64,000 bases of DNA, taken from NCBI GenBank assembly GCA_043814605.1, contig JBDRJV010000028.1:7790-71789 (forward strand). The letters run 5' to 3'. Every line of letters starts with the position of its first letter. Position 1 is the stretch's first letter. Position numbers and translations under genes: made by a program. The stretch comes from Candidatus Omnitrophota bacterium (GTDB taxonomy: Bacteria > Omnitrophota > Gorgyraeia > B26-G9). Below the pieces are notes generated by a model that did no database searches, was not told the DNA's origin, and saw only the letters and a list, made by a program, of their open reading frames with translations. Shown here piece by piece: positions 30,962 through 41,171 of this stretch.

Positions 30962-31804
30962 TTATTGTTTGCGGATGACTTTTAAAATTCTTTCCAGGTC
31001 ATCCAGCGAATAATATTCTATTTGGATCTTGCCTCTTTTTGTTCCGTGCACCACGCTGACTTTTGTCCCAAAAGTCAAGCGAAGTTCTTCTTCTAGGCGC
31101 TGTACGTTTTCATCTTTACTGCTTTGTTTTTTAGTTTTAATTTTTGTACTCTTAAATGCGGTTTGCTCAGCTTCACGCACAGAAAGTTTTTTTGTAATTA
31201 TTTTATCCAATAAAGCTAATTGATATTCTGCGCTGGCTTGGGCTAAAATCGCTTTCGCGTGCCCAAAGGAAATCTGCTCATTAAATAACGCGTCCTTAAC
31301 TTTTTTCGGTAAGGTTAAAAGCCGGAGCATATTGGCAACTGTTGCCCGGCTTTTGCCAACGCTTTTAGCTATTTGCTCTTGTGTAAAATTAAAATCATTC
31401 ACTAATGTTTCATAGGCCTTAGCTTCTTCCAGGGGGTTTAAATCATCGCGCTGGATATTTTCAATTATGGAAAGTTCCAGCATTTCTTGGTTGTTAACGT
31501 TTTTTATTATTGCGGGAATTTCTTTTAAATTTAATGCTTTTATGGCCCGCAGGCGCCGTTCCCCGGCGATCAGTTCATACTCTGTTTCGTTATTTTTTCT
31601 CACGACTACCGGCTGAACAATGCCTTTTTCTTTAATGGAATCAACCAGTTCTTGGAATTTTTCCTCATTAAATTTTAGTCTTGGCTGGTAACGATTGGGA
31701 ATTATTTGCTGCGGATTAAGATTCTGCACGCCCGCAGCTTCTTTTCTTTCCGCTTCCGGTGCGATTAAAGCTCCCAGGCCTTTTCCTAATACTTTACGTT
31801 CCAT
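30962..31804 (-). CDS. parB: Chromosome partitioning protein ParB/Spo0J
   Basis: ParB box IAGERRLRA and an HTH (IAKSVGKSRATVANMLRLL). Confidence 0.85.
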   Translation of the reverse strand: MERKVLGKGLGALIAPEAERKEAAGVQNLNPQQIIPNRYQPRLKFNEEKFQELVDSIKEKGIVQPVVVRKNNETEYELIAGERRLRAIKALNLKEIPAIIKNVNNQEMLELSIIENIQRDDLNPLEEAKAYETLVNDFNFTQEQIAKSVGKSRATVANMLRLLTLPKKVKDALFNEQISFGHAKAILAQASAEYQLALLDKIITKKLSVREAEQTAFKSTKIKTKKQSSKDENVQRLEEELRLTFGTKVSVVHGTKRGKIQIEYYSLDDLERILKVIRKQ

Positions 31805-31854
31805 TTTTAAGCCTCCTTTGTCCGCTGCTTAAGCGGCATGCTAAAAAATTTAAT

Positions 31855-32754
31855 TTAAATAAAATCAGAAAATCCAGAAATAATTTCTGGATTTTTTTGT
31901 TCACCGCCAAATTCTTGTTCTTTGTTTATTTCTTGCGTATTTATTTTATCTTTGTTAACTTTTAAAATATTGTGCGAAATGTGTTTTTGTCTTTCTAAAA
32001 TTTCCTGTGCTAAAGATTCATATTTTAAAGCTCCGATAGAAAATTTGTCGTACAAAATAATCGGCTTGCCAAACCCCGGAGCTTCTCCCAGCTTAATGCT
32101 GCGCGGCACAATTGTGTTAAAAACTTTATTACCAAAAAAACCCTTCACTTCTTTTATAACTTCTGCCGTAAGCCGCGTTCTAAAATCAGCCATAGTTAAA
32201 ATAACTCCTTCTATTTCCAGCTGTGGGTTCAGTGCTTTTTTAACTAAAGTAATTGTATCCATGAGCTGGCTCAACCCTTCTAGCGCATAATACTCGCATT
32301 GCAAGGGAATAACCACGCTATTTGCCGCAACCAATGAATTTAAAGTTAATAGCCCTAAAGAAGGCGGGCAATCAATAAAAATAAAGTCAAAATTTTTCGC
32401 TAAACCAATTAGTTTTTCTTTTAGTTTAAATTCCCGATTATTCAATTCCACTAATTCTATTTCCGCCCCAGTTAATGCCATATTTGAAGGCATAACAAAA
32501 AAATTTTCCATTTCTGTTTTTATCAATACTTCTTCGGCCCCAGCTAATCCCATCAGAAGTTCGTAGGTTCCCTTTTGAATTGTTTTTTTATCCAAGCCCA
32601 CTCCGCTAGTTGTGTTTGCCTGTGGGTCAGAATCAACCAACAAAACTTTTTTCCCGTAAGATGCCAGGTAAGCGCTTAAGTTTATTGCACTAGTTGTTTT
32701 TCCCACCCCGCCTTTTTGATTACAAAATGCAATTATTTTTCCTGCAGCATTCAT
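31855..32754 (-). CDS. parA: Chromosome partitioning ATPase ParA/Soj
   Basis: Deviant Walker A: KGGVGKTT. Confidence 0.85.
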   Translation of the reverse strand: MNAAGKIIAFCNQKGGVGKTTSAINLSAYLASYGKKVLLVDSDPQANTTSGVGLDKKTIQKGTYELLMGLAGAEEVLIKTEMENFFVMPSNMALTGAEIELVELNNREFKLKEKLIGLAKNFDFIFIDCPPSLGLLTLNSLVAANSVVIPLQCEYYALEGLSQLMDTITLVKKALNPQLEIEGVILTMADFRTRLTAEVIKEVKGFFGNKVFNTIVPRSIKLGEAPGFGKPIILYDKFSIGALKYESLAQEILERQKHISHNILKVNKDKINTQEINKEQEFGGEQKNPEIISGFSDFI

Positions 32755-32809
32755 TGTTTTCCTGCCTTTATCTTAGAATTTTAGGATGTAACTTATCAAT
32801 GCCTAAATT

Positions 32810-33505
32810 CTAAGGTTCTGTTTTAAACTGATTAATTTCTGTAACTAGTTCTCCTGCAATAAGTTGCAACTCGTCAACCACTTTTTTTGTTTCATTGCTA
32901 TCGATATTCCCCTGGTTTTTTGCGGCTACAATTTTATTGATCCCTTGGGTGATTTTCTGCGTTAGGCTAAACATTTTTTCTATCGCGTTTCTGAGCTTAA
33001 CAATGGCTTCATTTAAAGCCCCTGCTAATTCATTTAATTCATCGCCAAATCTCAAGCTGTTCATGTTTACACTAAGATCTCCTTTACTTACAGACCTTAT
33101 TGTTTTTTCAATGCGCCAAAGCGGGCCAGCAATTTTATGCGAGACAAAAATACTTAACAAAAACAACAAAAAAGACCCGGCTAATAATCGTAACACAAGG
33201 ACAGCAGAAACCTGGTCAAAAATATTTGAAAACTCAATAACAATTAAATCGCTGATTAATTCACTGGTTTTTGTGGGATCTTTGGTTTCTTCATATACAG
33301 CATCAATTTTTTCATGAAACTGCTGGCTTGTAAGCTGAGCAGATGTTTCTTGCCAAGTAGTAACATAGGTCGTCCAAACTGTAATAAGTCCAATAACAAC
33401 AGTTGTAATAAAAATTGACAGGCTGAAACGAATTTGCAGACGCTTGCTAACAAAATATTTTTTTCGGGCAAATCTTGTTTTGTCCTCCTGCATCAGTCCC
33501 TCCAT
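32810..33505 (-). CDS. HAMP-domain membrane protein
   Basis: Two TMs followed by a HAMP-like segment (IAGPLWRIEKTIRSVSKGDLSVNMN...ELNELAGALNEAI). No output domain is recognisable. Confidence 0.45.
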   Translation of the reverse strand: MEGLMQEDKTRFARKKYFVSKRLQIRFSLSIFITTVVIGLITVWTTYVTTWQETSAQLTSQQFHEKIDAVYEETKDPTKTSELISDLIVIEFSNIFDQVSAVLVLRLLAGSFLLFLLSIFVSHKIAGPLWRIEKTIRSVSKGDLSVNMNSLRFGDELNELAGALNEAIVKLRNAIEKMFSLTQKITQGINKIVAAKNQGNIDSNETKKVVDELQLIAGELVTEINQFKTEP

Positions 33506-33727
33506 TTTAGAATTATAAGGAGATTTAAATATTAAAAATCTCCTTCCTTCTGGCTAAAATCATTAGGCCTATTTATGAAATACGCTTAACTCAATAAAAG
33601 GTTCTTTTTTTTGTGAAATTTAAAGAACCTGATTACAGTGATTAAAAACCTTATATGTTGTGCGTTTGTTTTTAACATCTGCCAAAATGTTCCACGTGGA
33701 ACATTTTGACAATAGTTTTAGTTGCTA

Positions 33728-35546
33728 TTAATTGACCCTTCTGTCTAGGCAAAGCAAGAGTAAGGAAATATCGCTGGAAGTTATTCCGGCAATTCTCATT
33801 GCTTGGCCAATAGAGTCTGGCTCAATTATTGATAGTTTTTCGATTGCTTCTTTTTTTAATCCCTTAATTGTTTGGTAGGGAAATCCTTTTGGAATTTTTT
33901 TATTTTCCAATTTTTTTAATCGCTGAATCAAGCTTTTTTCTCTTTGAATATATCCCTCGTATTTTTACTTCTATTTCCACCTGATTCGCAATATCGTCGG
34001 ATAAGTTGCTAACCCGCGAATCAAGCTTTTTTAATTTTTTATAAGTTACCTCTGGCCGTTTAAGAATTTTTGCTAAACTTGAATTATTATATTTTAACTC
34101 TGTAAGTTTGTTAATTTCTTGTTTTATTGTTTTTTGCTTTTCTCTTATTTTATCAATTTTTACTTTTGAAATCAAGCCAAATTTATAGGCAAGCTCTCCT
34201 AACCTTAAATCTGCATTATCCTGCCTGAGAATTAAACGATGCTCTACCCGGGAAGTAAAAAGCCGGTATGGCTCTGTTGTCCCTTTCGTGACTAAATCGT
34301 CTATTAATACCCCTATGTAAGCCTGAGAACGCGATAAAATAAAGGAGTTTTTATTTTTAATTTTCAAAGCGGCATTAATTCCTGCAACCAGCCCTTGACA
34401 AGCTGCTTCTTCATAACCAGTTGTTCCGGTGATTTGACCAGCAAAGAAAAGATTTTTTATTTTTTTTGTTTCCATTGTTGGCAGTATTTGAGTAGGGTCA
34501 AAATAGTCATACTCTATACCATAGCCAAAGCGGATTATTTGCGCATTTTCTAACCCTGGAATAGTTTTAAGCATTTTTATTTGCACATCCTGTGGAAAAC
34601 TTGTGGATAATCCATTAATGTAAACCTCTACAGTATCTCTGCCTTCTGGCTCAAGAAATATTTGGTGCCTGTCTTTTTCTGGGAATTTAACAACCTTATC
34701 CTCTATAGAGGGGCAATATCTTACCCCTGTGCCAATAATTTTACCACCATATAAAGGCGATTTATGCATATTACGTTTAATTAACTGGTGTGTTTTTTTC
34801 GTTGTATAGCCTAAATAGCATTTTATTTGCTGTTTTTTAGAAATTTTATGATCATAACTAAAAGCCTGGGGATTGTGATCCCCTTTTTGCTCCTGAAAAC
34901 AATTAAAGTTGATAGTTTTTGTATGAATTCTTGCTGAAGTTCCGGTTTTTAATCGCCCTACTTTAAATCCTTGTTTTAATAGCAACTGAGAAATGCTTGT
35001 TGTTGCACCCTCTCCCAGCCTGCCGCCAGCAAAGGAATTCATGCCAATATGAATTAGGCCATTTAAAAATGTTCCTGTTGTTAAAATTACTATCTTACTA
35101 TAAATTAATAATTTTGAATTTGTTTGAATGCCTTGAATCTTTTTATTTTTGATTATTAGATTTGTAACATTCAACTGCATTAAGTCAAGGTTAGGTTGCA
35201 TTTCAAGGGATTTTCGCATAGTTTCATGATACACCTGCTTATCAAGCTGTGCGCGCGGAGCCCAGACTGCAGGCCCTTTTTTAGTATTCAGCATTCTAAA
35301 TTGAATGCCTGCAAAGTCAATGGCTCTTGCCATTTCTCCGCCTAAAGCCCCAATTTCCCGCGCCAAGTGACCTTTTCCTGGACCGCCAACTGCTGGGTTA
35401 CAGGATAATTGGGCTATAGTATTTATGTTTGTTGTTGCTAAAAGAGTTCTTGCGTTCATCCTGCTTGCTGCCAGCGCTGCTTCACAACCAGCATGGCCAG
35501 CACCGATTATTATAACATCATAGATTTTAGGAAATTTTACATTCAT
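33728..35546 (-). pseudogene. mnmG: mnmG (gidA), tRNA uridine-5-carboxymethylaminomethyl synthesis enzyme. It is split by a +1 frameshift in an A5/T5 run near 33968-33972 (548-aa + 67-aa frames).
   Basis: FAD motif IIIGAGHAGCEAA. The 548-aa frame ends ...EVKIRGIYSKRKKLDSAIKKIGK*. Removing one A restores ...EVKYEGYIQREKSLIQRLKKLENKKIPKGFPY... continuing into the 67-aa ORF, which carries the MnmG C-terminal motif (GQAMRIAGITSSDISLLL). Confidence 0.8.
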
Positions 35547-35666
35547 TGTTTTAATTTTTATTACGGTCAGGATAAATAAGCAAAATGTTCCACGTGGAAC
35601 ATTTTATTTTATGCTGCGGTTTGTTTCTGTTCTCAGAGGCTTTTCGCTGCTTGTGCAAAGAATTGC

Positions 35667-35933
35667 TTAATCCTTCGCTTTTTTAGTTTTTAAGCTTTGA
35701 AGGTCTTTCTTAAGTATGGATACTTTAATTTTTGCTTTTTTAGCTCCTTGCATACCAAAAAGCCCTTTTTGTCCTTCTGTTAAAACCTGAATTTTTATTT
35801 TTTCTTTAGGCATAGACAGCTCTTTTAATGCTTTTTCTATAGCATCTTCTATGCTGTTTCCTTCAAACTCCTTGTCCCAAACAGGTTCGTTTTCAATATT
35901 TTGATTTTCAGTCACCTTGCTCCCCTCTTTCAT
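35667..35933 (-). CDS. Jag/KhpB N-terminal-domain-only protein (88 aa)
   Basis: SIEDAIEKALKELSMPKEKIKIQVLTEGQKGLFGMQGAKKAKIKV matches the Jag_N pattern. No KH or R3H domains follow. It sits directly downstream of yidC, as jag normally does. Confidence 0.5.
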   Translation of the reverse strand: MKEGSKVTENQNIENEPVWDKEFEGNSIEDAIEKALKELSMPKEKIKIQVLTEGQKGLFGMQGAKKAKIKVSILKKDLQSLKTKKAKD

Positions 35934-37547
35934 TTATCTTGGCTGACCATTAAACTGCTTAGAAAGCTTTGTTTGAATAACAAAAGAAAATACAGTGTTT
36001 GTTAAAAAATATAACACTAGTCCTGATGGAAACTTATAGAAAATAAATCCTAAAAAAACTGGCATCATTAGGGTCATGACCTTTTGCTGTTCATTTGCCT
36101 GCTGTGGATTTGTAAGTTTTTGCTGTACAAAAGTAAAAATAGCCATACACAAAGGAAGTAGATTTACAGCATCTCCTACTATTGGTAAAGCTACTGGTAA
36201 TTTATAAAAAGCATCTGGCGCAGCTAAATCCTTTATCCATAAAAACGAAGCGCCGCGTAATTCTATTGCACGCATTAAAACTCCGTATAAGGAGAAAAAC
36301 ACAGGCATTTGTAAAACCATGGGCAAGCATCCGCCAGCGGGATTTACCTTATGTTTTTTGTATAATTCCATGGTTTCTTTATTTAATTTTTGCGGATTAT
36401 CTTTATACTCACCACGTAATTTTTCCATAAGTGGTTGTAGGGACTGCATTTCCTTCATTGATTTAAGGCTTTTAAATGTAAGCGGGTATAATAATAAATT
36501 GATGCATAATGAAAGAGCAATTACTGCTAAGCCATAATTTTTCAGTAAAACATGTAAATATCGCAGCAACATTAATAATAAATCAGAAAAGCTTGCAAAA
36601 AAACCACTGCCTCGGACTTGTTGAATGTCCAGTCCCAGCCTAGACATTTCTTCAAAATCGTTTGGCCCTGCATATAAAATAAACTTGTGGTTTTGTGCGG
36701 TATTAGCTAGAATTTCTAAACTTTTAATTTGTACACTCAGGCTTGTTGAAATCCCGGCCTGATCATTTAAGTCCCTATAAATATTAGCGTTAGAACACTC
36801 CACAAAAGGCGCTGCGATTATTGAAAAATAGCGGGCTTTAAAACCCGCTAATTTTATCTCGCCCTCAAGCTGCACTGCTTTTTGTATTCCATTAATATTT
36901 TTTTTGCTGATTTTATTGTTTTGTGAAATTGTTACAGCTTCTCTGAATCGGCTCTCTAAGCCGGAAACATTTTTAAGGCCTGTTGCTGCAGTTAATGCAT
37001 ATTCCAGCGGTTTTGAGTCTGTTTGTTTGTTTTGAACTTCAATTAACGCGGTTATAGAATATGTTTCTGGGTCTAAAGCGATTGTTTTTTTAACTTCAAA
37101 ATCTTTTGTTATATAAGCAAACTGGATATTCTCGGCACCTACAATCACATCTTTGAGTTCTGCTCCGGAGAGTAAATCGCTTGTGGCAAAAATTCCTGGA
37201 TATTTATTTTCAACATCCATTAATATTGTTGGTTGTTTTGTCTCTGGGTCAAGCAATTGTTTTAATTCAATTTTTTGTATGTCCGCTCCTGGTGCATTAA
37301 CAACCAGTTGATATCGATGGTTCTCAATCGTGTAACTTTTTTGTTGAGAAGGTGTTACGTTGCTGATCATCGTTGCTGGAACTGCTGCTGTTGGCAAAGA
37401 TGCTTGCTGGGGTTGCGCTTGCTGTACTGGAGATGATCCTTGCTCTGCAAAATGCTGTGGAAACAGTTGTTTCATTAGCAGAGGATAAACGATTATGATA
37501 ATAACGGTGATTATAAGTGCTGTAAAAAAATTTTTTTCATTTTCCAT
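35934..37547 (-). CDS. yidC: Membrane protein insertase YidC
   Basis: Large periplasmic N-domain, then the conserved 5-TM core (GCLPMVLQMPVFFSLY...). Confidence 0.85.
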   Translation of the reverse strand: MENEKNFFTALIITVIIIIVYPLLMKQLFPQHFAEQGSSPVQQAQPQQASLPTAAVPATMISNVTPSQQKSYTIENHRYQLVVNAPGADIQKIELKQLLDPETKQPTILMDVENKYPGIFATSDLLSGAELKDVIVGAENIQFAYITKDFEVKKTIALDPETYSITALIEVQNKQTDSKPLEYALTAATGLKNVSGLESRFREAVTISQNNKISKKNINGIQKAVQLEGEIKLAGFKARYFSIIAAPFVECSNANIYRDLNDQAGISTSLSVQIKSLEILANTAQNHKFILYAGPNDFEEMSRLGLDIQQVRGSGFFASFSDLLLMLLRYLHVLLKNYGLAVIALSLCINLLLYPLTFKSLKSMKEMQSLQPLMEKLRGEYKDNPQKLNKETMELYKKHKVNPAGGCLPMVLQMPVFFSLYGVLMRAIELRGASFLWIKDLAAPDAFYKLPVALPIVGDAVNLLPLCMAIFTFVQQKLTNPQQANEQQKVMTLMMPVFLGFIFYKFPSGLVLYFLTNTVFSFVIQTKLSKQFNGQPR

Positions 37548-37554
37548 AATTTAC

Positions 37555-37764
37555 TTATTTTAGGGGATCATGTCCAGATTTTCCCAAAGGATTGCAGCGC
37601 AAAATCCTCCAGGCGCCTATGAAAATTCCCTGTAAAAACCCTTTTTTTTCTATTGCTTGCTGTGTATACTCTGAACAGCTCGGCAAGAATCTGCATGAAT
37701 GCAATATATTGTTAGACAAATAGTTACGATAAATCTCGATTAGAAAAATAGCTGCTTTTTTCAT
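37555..37764 (-). CDS. yidD: Membrane protein insertion efficiency factor YidD
   Basis: 69 aa with the conserved CRF.PSCSEY motif. Confidence 0.8.
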   Translation of the reverse strand: MKKAAIFLIEIYRNYLSNNILHSCRFLPSCSEYTQQAIEKKGFLQGIFIGAWRILRCNPLGKSGHDPLK

Positions 37765-38111
37765 TGTAGCCCTGCTTTTTTAAGCAAATTAAGAATGCTT
37801 TCTTGTAAACAGTTAAATTCTATGTGTTTTATTTGAGCTTTTAAAACAAAAATTATGTCGTTTTGTGTTGTTAAATTAATTTTGTTTAGGCGGAAAACTT
37901 CCCGCACTATTTTTTTTAAACGGTTTCTTAATACAATATTCGCACATTTTCTATTGCTTACGCTAATGCCCAGCCGGCTAAATCCCAATTTATTGGGCAG
38001 ATAATAACACCATAACAGCGTGCTTTTTTTTACTTGTCCCCGTTGATATACATGGTTATACTGGCCCGGGCTTAAAATGCGTTCTTTTCTCGAAAAACCG
38101 TATTTTTTCAT
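37761..38111 (-). CDS. rnpA: RNase P protein component
   Basis: 116-aa basic protein between rpmH and yidD, overlapping yidD by 4 nt. Confidence 0.75.
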   Translation of the reverse strand: MKKYGFSRKERILSPGQYNHVYQRGQVKKSTLLWCYYLPNKLGFSRLGISVSNRKCANIVLRNRLKKIVREVFRLNKINLTTQNDIIFVLKAQIKHIEFNCLQESILNLLKKAGLQ

Positions 38112-38130
38112 GTTCTAGCGCGTTGTTTCT

Positions 38131-38268
38131 TTAAACAGAGAGTCTTTTTCTGCCTTTTTTACGCCGCCGCTTAAGTACTGCTTGACCATCTTTTGTTTCC
38201 ATTCTATTGCGAAAGCCGTGTTTTCTTTTTCTTTTAAGGTTAGATTTAGGTTTTAGGTTTTTTTTCAT
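38131..38268 (-). CDS. rpmH: 50S ribosomal protein L34. Absent from the supplied ORF track because it is under 60 aa.
   Basis: My own minus-strand translation gives [50 protein letters not shown] lies upstream. Confidence 0.8.
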   Translation of the reverse strand: MKKNLKPKSNLKRKRKHGFRNRMETKDGQAVLKRRRKKGRKRLSV

Positions 38269-38269
38269 T

Positions 38270-38564
38270 TTTTCCTTCTTTTTATTTAATATTTTCCCAG
38301 TAAAAAATTAAGTTTAAAGCGTTAAAGAAAGATTATAACATAAACCTTTTTTTAGTCAATAAAAAATAGTAAAAAAATCCTTGAAAAATTTTTTTGCTTT
38401 GATATAATATGTTTCATATTGAATTCATCCGCTGTGTTTTGTTGTGGATAAGCTGTGAATATATGTTGACTTAAAAATTATAACCGCTTAAATAACAGTA
38501 TGTTACTCTGGCAAATGGCTAATATATATATTGTTGATAACTTTTAACCTGTTCGCTTAATACT
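38270..38564. promoter_or_regulatory. Putative oriC / dnaA promoter region with DnaA boxes
   Basis: AT-rich region. It has a perfect DnaA box TGTGGATAA (38443-38451) and near-matches (TGTTGATAA, ~38534). A candidate sigma70 promoter is TTGACT (~38457) / TAAATA (~38480). A second perfect box lies at 40028-40036 upstream of dnaN. Confidence 0.55.
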
Positions 38565-39920
38565 ATGCAAAAATCTGCTTCGGAGTTTTGGGCTGATGTT
38601 TTATCAGTTTTAAAAAAAGATGTTGCTGCGCAAAGCTATGAAACCTGGTTAAAGCCCACAAAGGGGGTTGAGCTTTCCCAGGACTCTTTAACAGTTGAGG
38701 TTCCGAATAAATTCTTTAAAGATTGGCTGTTAGATCATTATTATGAGCTGCTCGCTAAAGCGGTAAAAAAAGTTTCTTCTGACCCATTAAGATTAGATTT
38801 TATCGTCAACTCTACACCGCCGGTTTTTCCTCAACAAAATGCTGTTCCGGTTTTTAGCTCTCCGACGAAAGACGTTCCCCGGCCGCGAACAGATATTTAT
38901 TTAAACCCTAAATATACTTTTGATAGTTTTGTAGTCGGGCCAAGCAACCGTTTTGCACATGCGGCAAGCTCAGCTGTCGCAGAATCTCCTGCAAGAGCAT
39001 ATAATCCTTTATTTATTTATGGCGGGGTAGGGTTAGGTAAAACTCATCTTATGCAGGCTGTTGGTCAGTATATTTTAGGAAAAAATCCCGGAGCAAAATT
39101 ATCTTATACCACAAGTGAGCGATTCACGAATCAGTTGATTACAGCGATTCAAACCCGCACTACAGCTCGTTTTCGGGAAAAATACCGTAGTGTTGATATT
39201 TTACTTGTTGATGATATTCAGTTTATTGCCGGCAAAGAAAGCACCCAGGAAGAATTTTTTCACACATTTAATTCGCTCTATGATGTCCACAAACAGATCG
39301 TTATCTCTAGCGACAGGCCGCCGAAAGAAATTCCCGGATTAGAAGAAAGGCTGGTTTCGCGTTTTGAGTGGGGATTAATTACAGATATCCAGCCGCCGGA
39401 CTTAGAAACTCGAATTGCAATATTAAGGAAAAAGGCCGGGCGGGAAATTGTTAAAGTTCCCGACGAGGTGATGTTTTTTATCGGAGAAAAGATCCGTTCC
39501 AATATTAGAGAATTAGAAGGCGCGCTGATTCGTGTTGTTGCTTATTCTTTATTAACAAATAATCAGATTTCTATCGAGATTGCCGAAGAAGTTTTAAAAG
39601 ACGCGATAAAAGAAGACGCGATTCAAAAAGTAATTACGGTTGATAAAATTCAAAAAGTTGTTGCGGAGAATTTTAACATAAAAGCCTTAGATATGAAAAA
39701 GGGGGGTAGAAGTAAAATTATTGCCTATCCCCGGCATATTGCGATGTTTTTATCGCGGGAGTTAACCAGTCATTCGCTTTCTGAAATTGGTGAACTTTTT
39801 GGCGGGCGGGATCACACAACGGTTTTACATGCATTTGATAAAATAAAAAAAGAATCAAAAATTAATAACAATTTAAATTTATTATTAACAAGTCTTATCA
39901 ACAAGATTCAACAAAAATAA
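38565..39920 (+). CDS. dnaA: Chromosomal replication initiator DnaA
   Basis: Walker A GGVGLGKTHL, the sensor/box VII region and a C-terminal DNA-binding domain. Confidence 0.9.
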   Translation: MQKSASEFWADVLSVLKKDVAAQSYETWLKPTKGVELSQDSLTVEVPNKFFKDWLLDHYYELLAKAVKKVSSDPLRLDFIVNSTPPVFPQQNAVPVFSSPTKDVPRPRTDIYLNPKYTFDSFVVGPSNRFAHAASSAVAESPARAYNPLFIYGGVGLGKTHLMQAVGQYILGKNPGAKLSYTTSERFTNQLITAIQTRTTARFREKYRSVDILLVDDIQFIAGKESTQEEFFHTFNSLYDVHKQIVISSDRPPKEIPGLEERLVSRFEWGLITDIQPPDLETRIAILRKKAGREIVKVPDEVMFFIGEKIRSNIRELEGALIRVVAYSLLTNNQISIEIAEEVLKDAIKEDAIQKVITVDKIQKVVAENFNIKALDMKKGGRSKIIAYPRHIAMFLSRELTSHSLSEIGELFGGRDHTTVLHAFDKIKKESKINNNLNLLLTSLINKIQQK

Positions 39921-40048
39921 CTTGTTTCGTAATAATTAATTAAGGAGGTTATTCACTTATTAACAACATTACTATTAAGACTACGGCTATTTGGTTTAGT
40001 TATAAATATATTAATAATAAAAATTTTTGTGGATAAAAAGGGGGATAA

Positions 40049-41158
40049 ATGAAGATTAAAACTACAAAAAATGTTCTGGCTAACGCAGTGCAAACAGTTG
40101 AAGGAGCTGTTGCAACAAAAACAACCTTACCAATATTATCAAATATTTTAATCGAAGCACACAAGGAAAAACTCATTTTTAATGCAACCGATCTAGATAT
40201 TGGAATTATTTATCAAGCAGTAGCAGACGTTCAGGAAGAAGGCAATATTACCATCCCTGCGAAAAGATTTTCGGATATTGTCAGAGAATTACCCGAAGGG
40301 GATGTAATTATAACAGTGCGAAAAAATTATAACATGGTTATTGATTCACAAGCCTGTTCATTTCGTTTGATTGGTTTACCGAAAGAAGAATTTCCCACAA
40401 TCCCTAAATTTACAAACAAGGAAAATATTACGCTAGAGCAAAAACTATTAAAAAAATTATTAAAAAAAGTAAGTTTTTCAATGTCGCGCGATGAAACAAG
40501 GTATGTTTTAAATGGAACTCTTTTTATGTTGAAAAATAAAACATTAAGACTCGTTGCAACAGACGGGCGACGGTTAGCCTTAGTGGAAATAAAACAATCA
40601 TTAGAAATTGAAAAAAAAGAAGTGATTATCCCAGTAAAAACAATAAATGAATTAAATAAAATTTTACAAGAAGAAGGGCAAGTTAAAATAATATTTACCA
40701 ATAATCAAGTTGCTTTTGAATTTGATGGAACAACAATTATTTCGCGTTTAATCGAAGGCGAATTTCCTAATTATGAGCAAGTAATTCCGAAAACAAAAGA
40801 AAAACAGGAAAAGATTCAAATTGGGAAAAATCAAATGCTGGCGGCAGTAAAAAGAGCGAGTCTTTTTACTAGTGCAGATTCTCAATCAATAAAAATTGAT
40901 GTATTTAAAAATAAACTCGTAATTTCTAAAACAACCCCAGATATCGGCGAAGTAAAAGAAGAAATCCCCATGGAGTATAAAGGAAAAGAGATCACCGTTG
41001 GTTTTAACCCGAATTATTTATTAGATGTTTTGAAAGTATTACAGGAAGAAAATATTGACTTTGAAGTTATCGATGCAGAAAAACCCGGAGTTTTTCGTGA
41101 ATCTTTTGATGAAAAGGGCGAGTATTTATATATCGTCTTACCAATGCAATTAACTTAA
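40049..41158 (+). CDS. dnaN: DNA polymerase III beta sliding clamp
   Basis: 369 aa with the three-domain clamp pattern. Position after dnaA. Confidence 0.85.
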   Translation: MKIKTTKNVLANAVQTVEGAVATKTTLPILSNILIEAHKEKLIFNATDLDIGIIYQAVADVQEEGNITIPAKRFSDIVRELPEGDVIITVRKNYNMVIDSQACSFRLIGLPKEEFPTIPKFTNKENITLEQKLLKKLLKKVSFSMSRDETRYVLNGTLFMLKNKTLRLVATDGRRLALVEIKQSLEIEKKEVIIPVKTINELNKILQEEGQVKIIFTNNQVAFEFDGTTIISRLIEGEFPNYEQVIPKTKEKQEKIQIGKNQMLAAVKRASLFTSADSQSIKIDVFKNKLVISKTTPDIGEVKEEIPMEYKGKEITVGFNPNYLLDVLKVLQEENIDFEVIDAEKPGVFRESFDEKGEYLYIVLPMQLT

Positions 41159-41171
41159 AAAAGTTTAAAAA

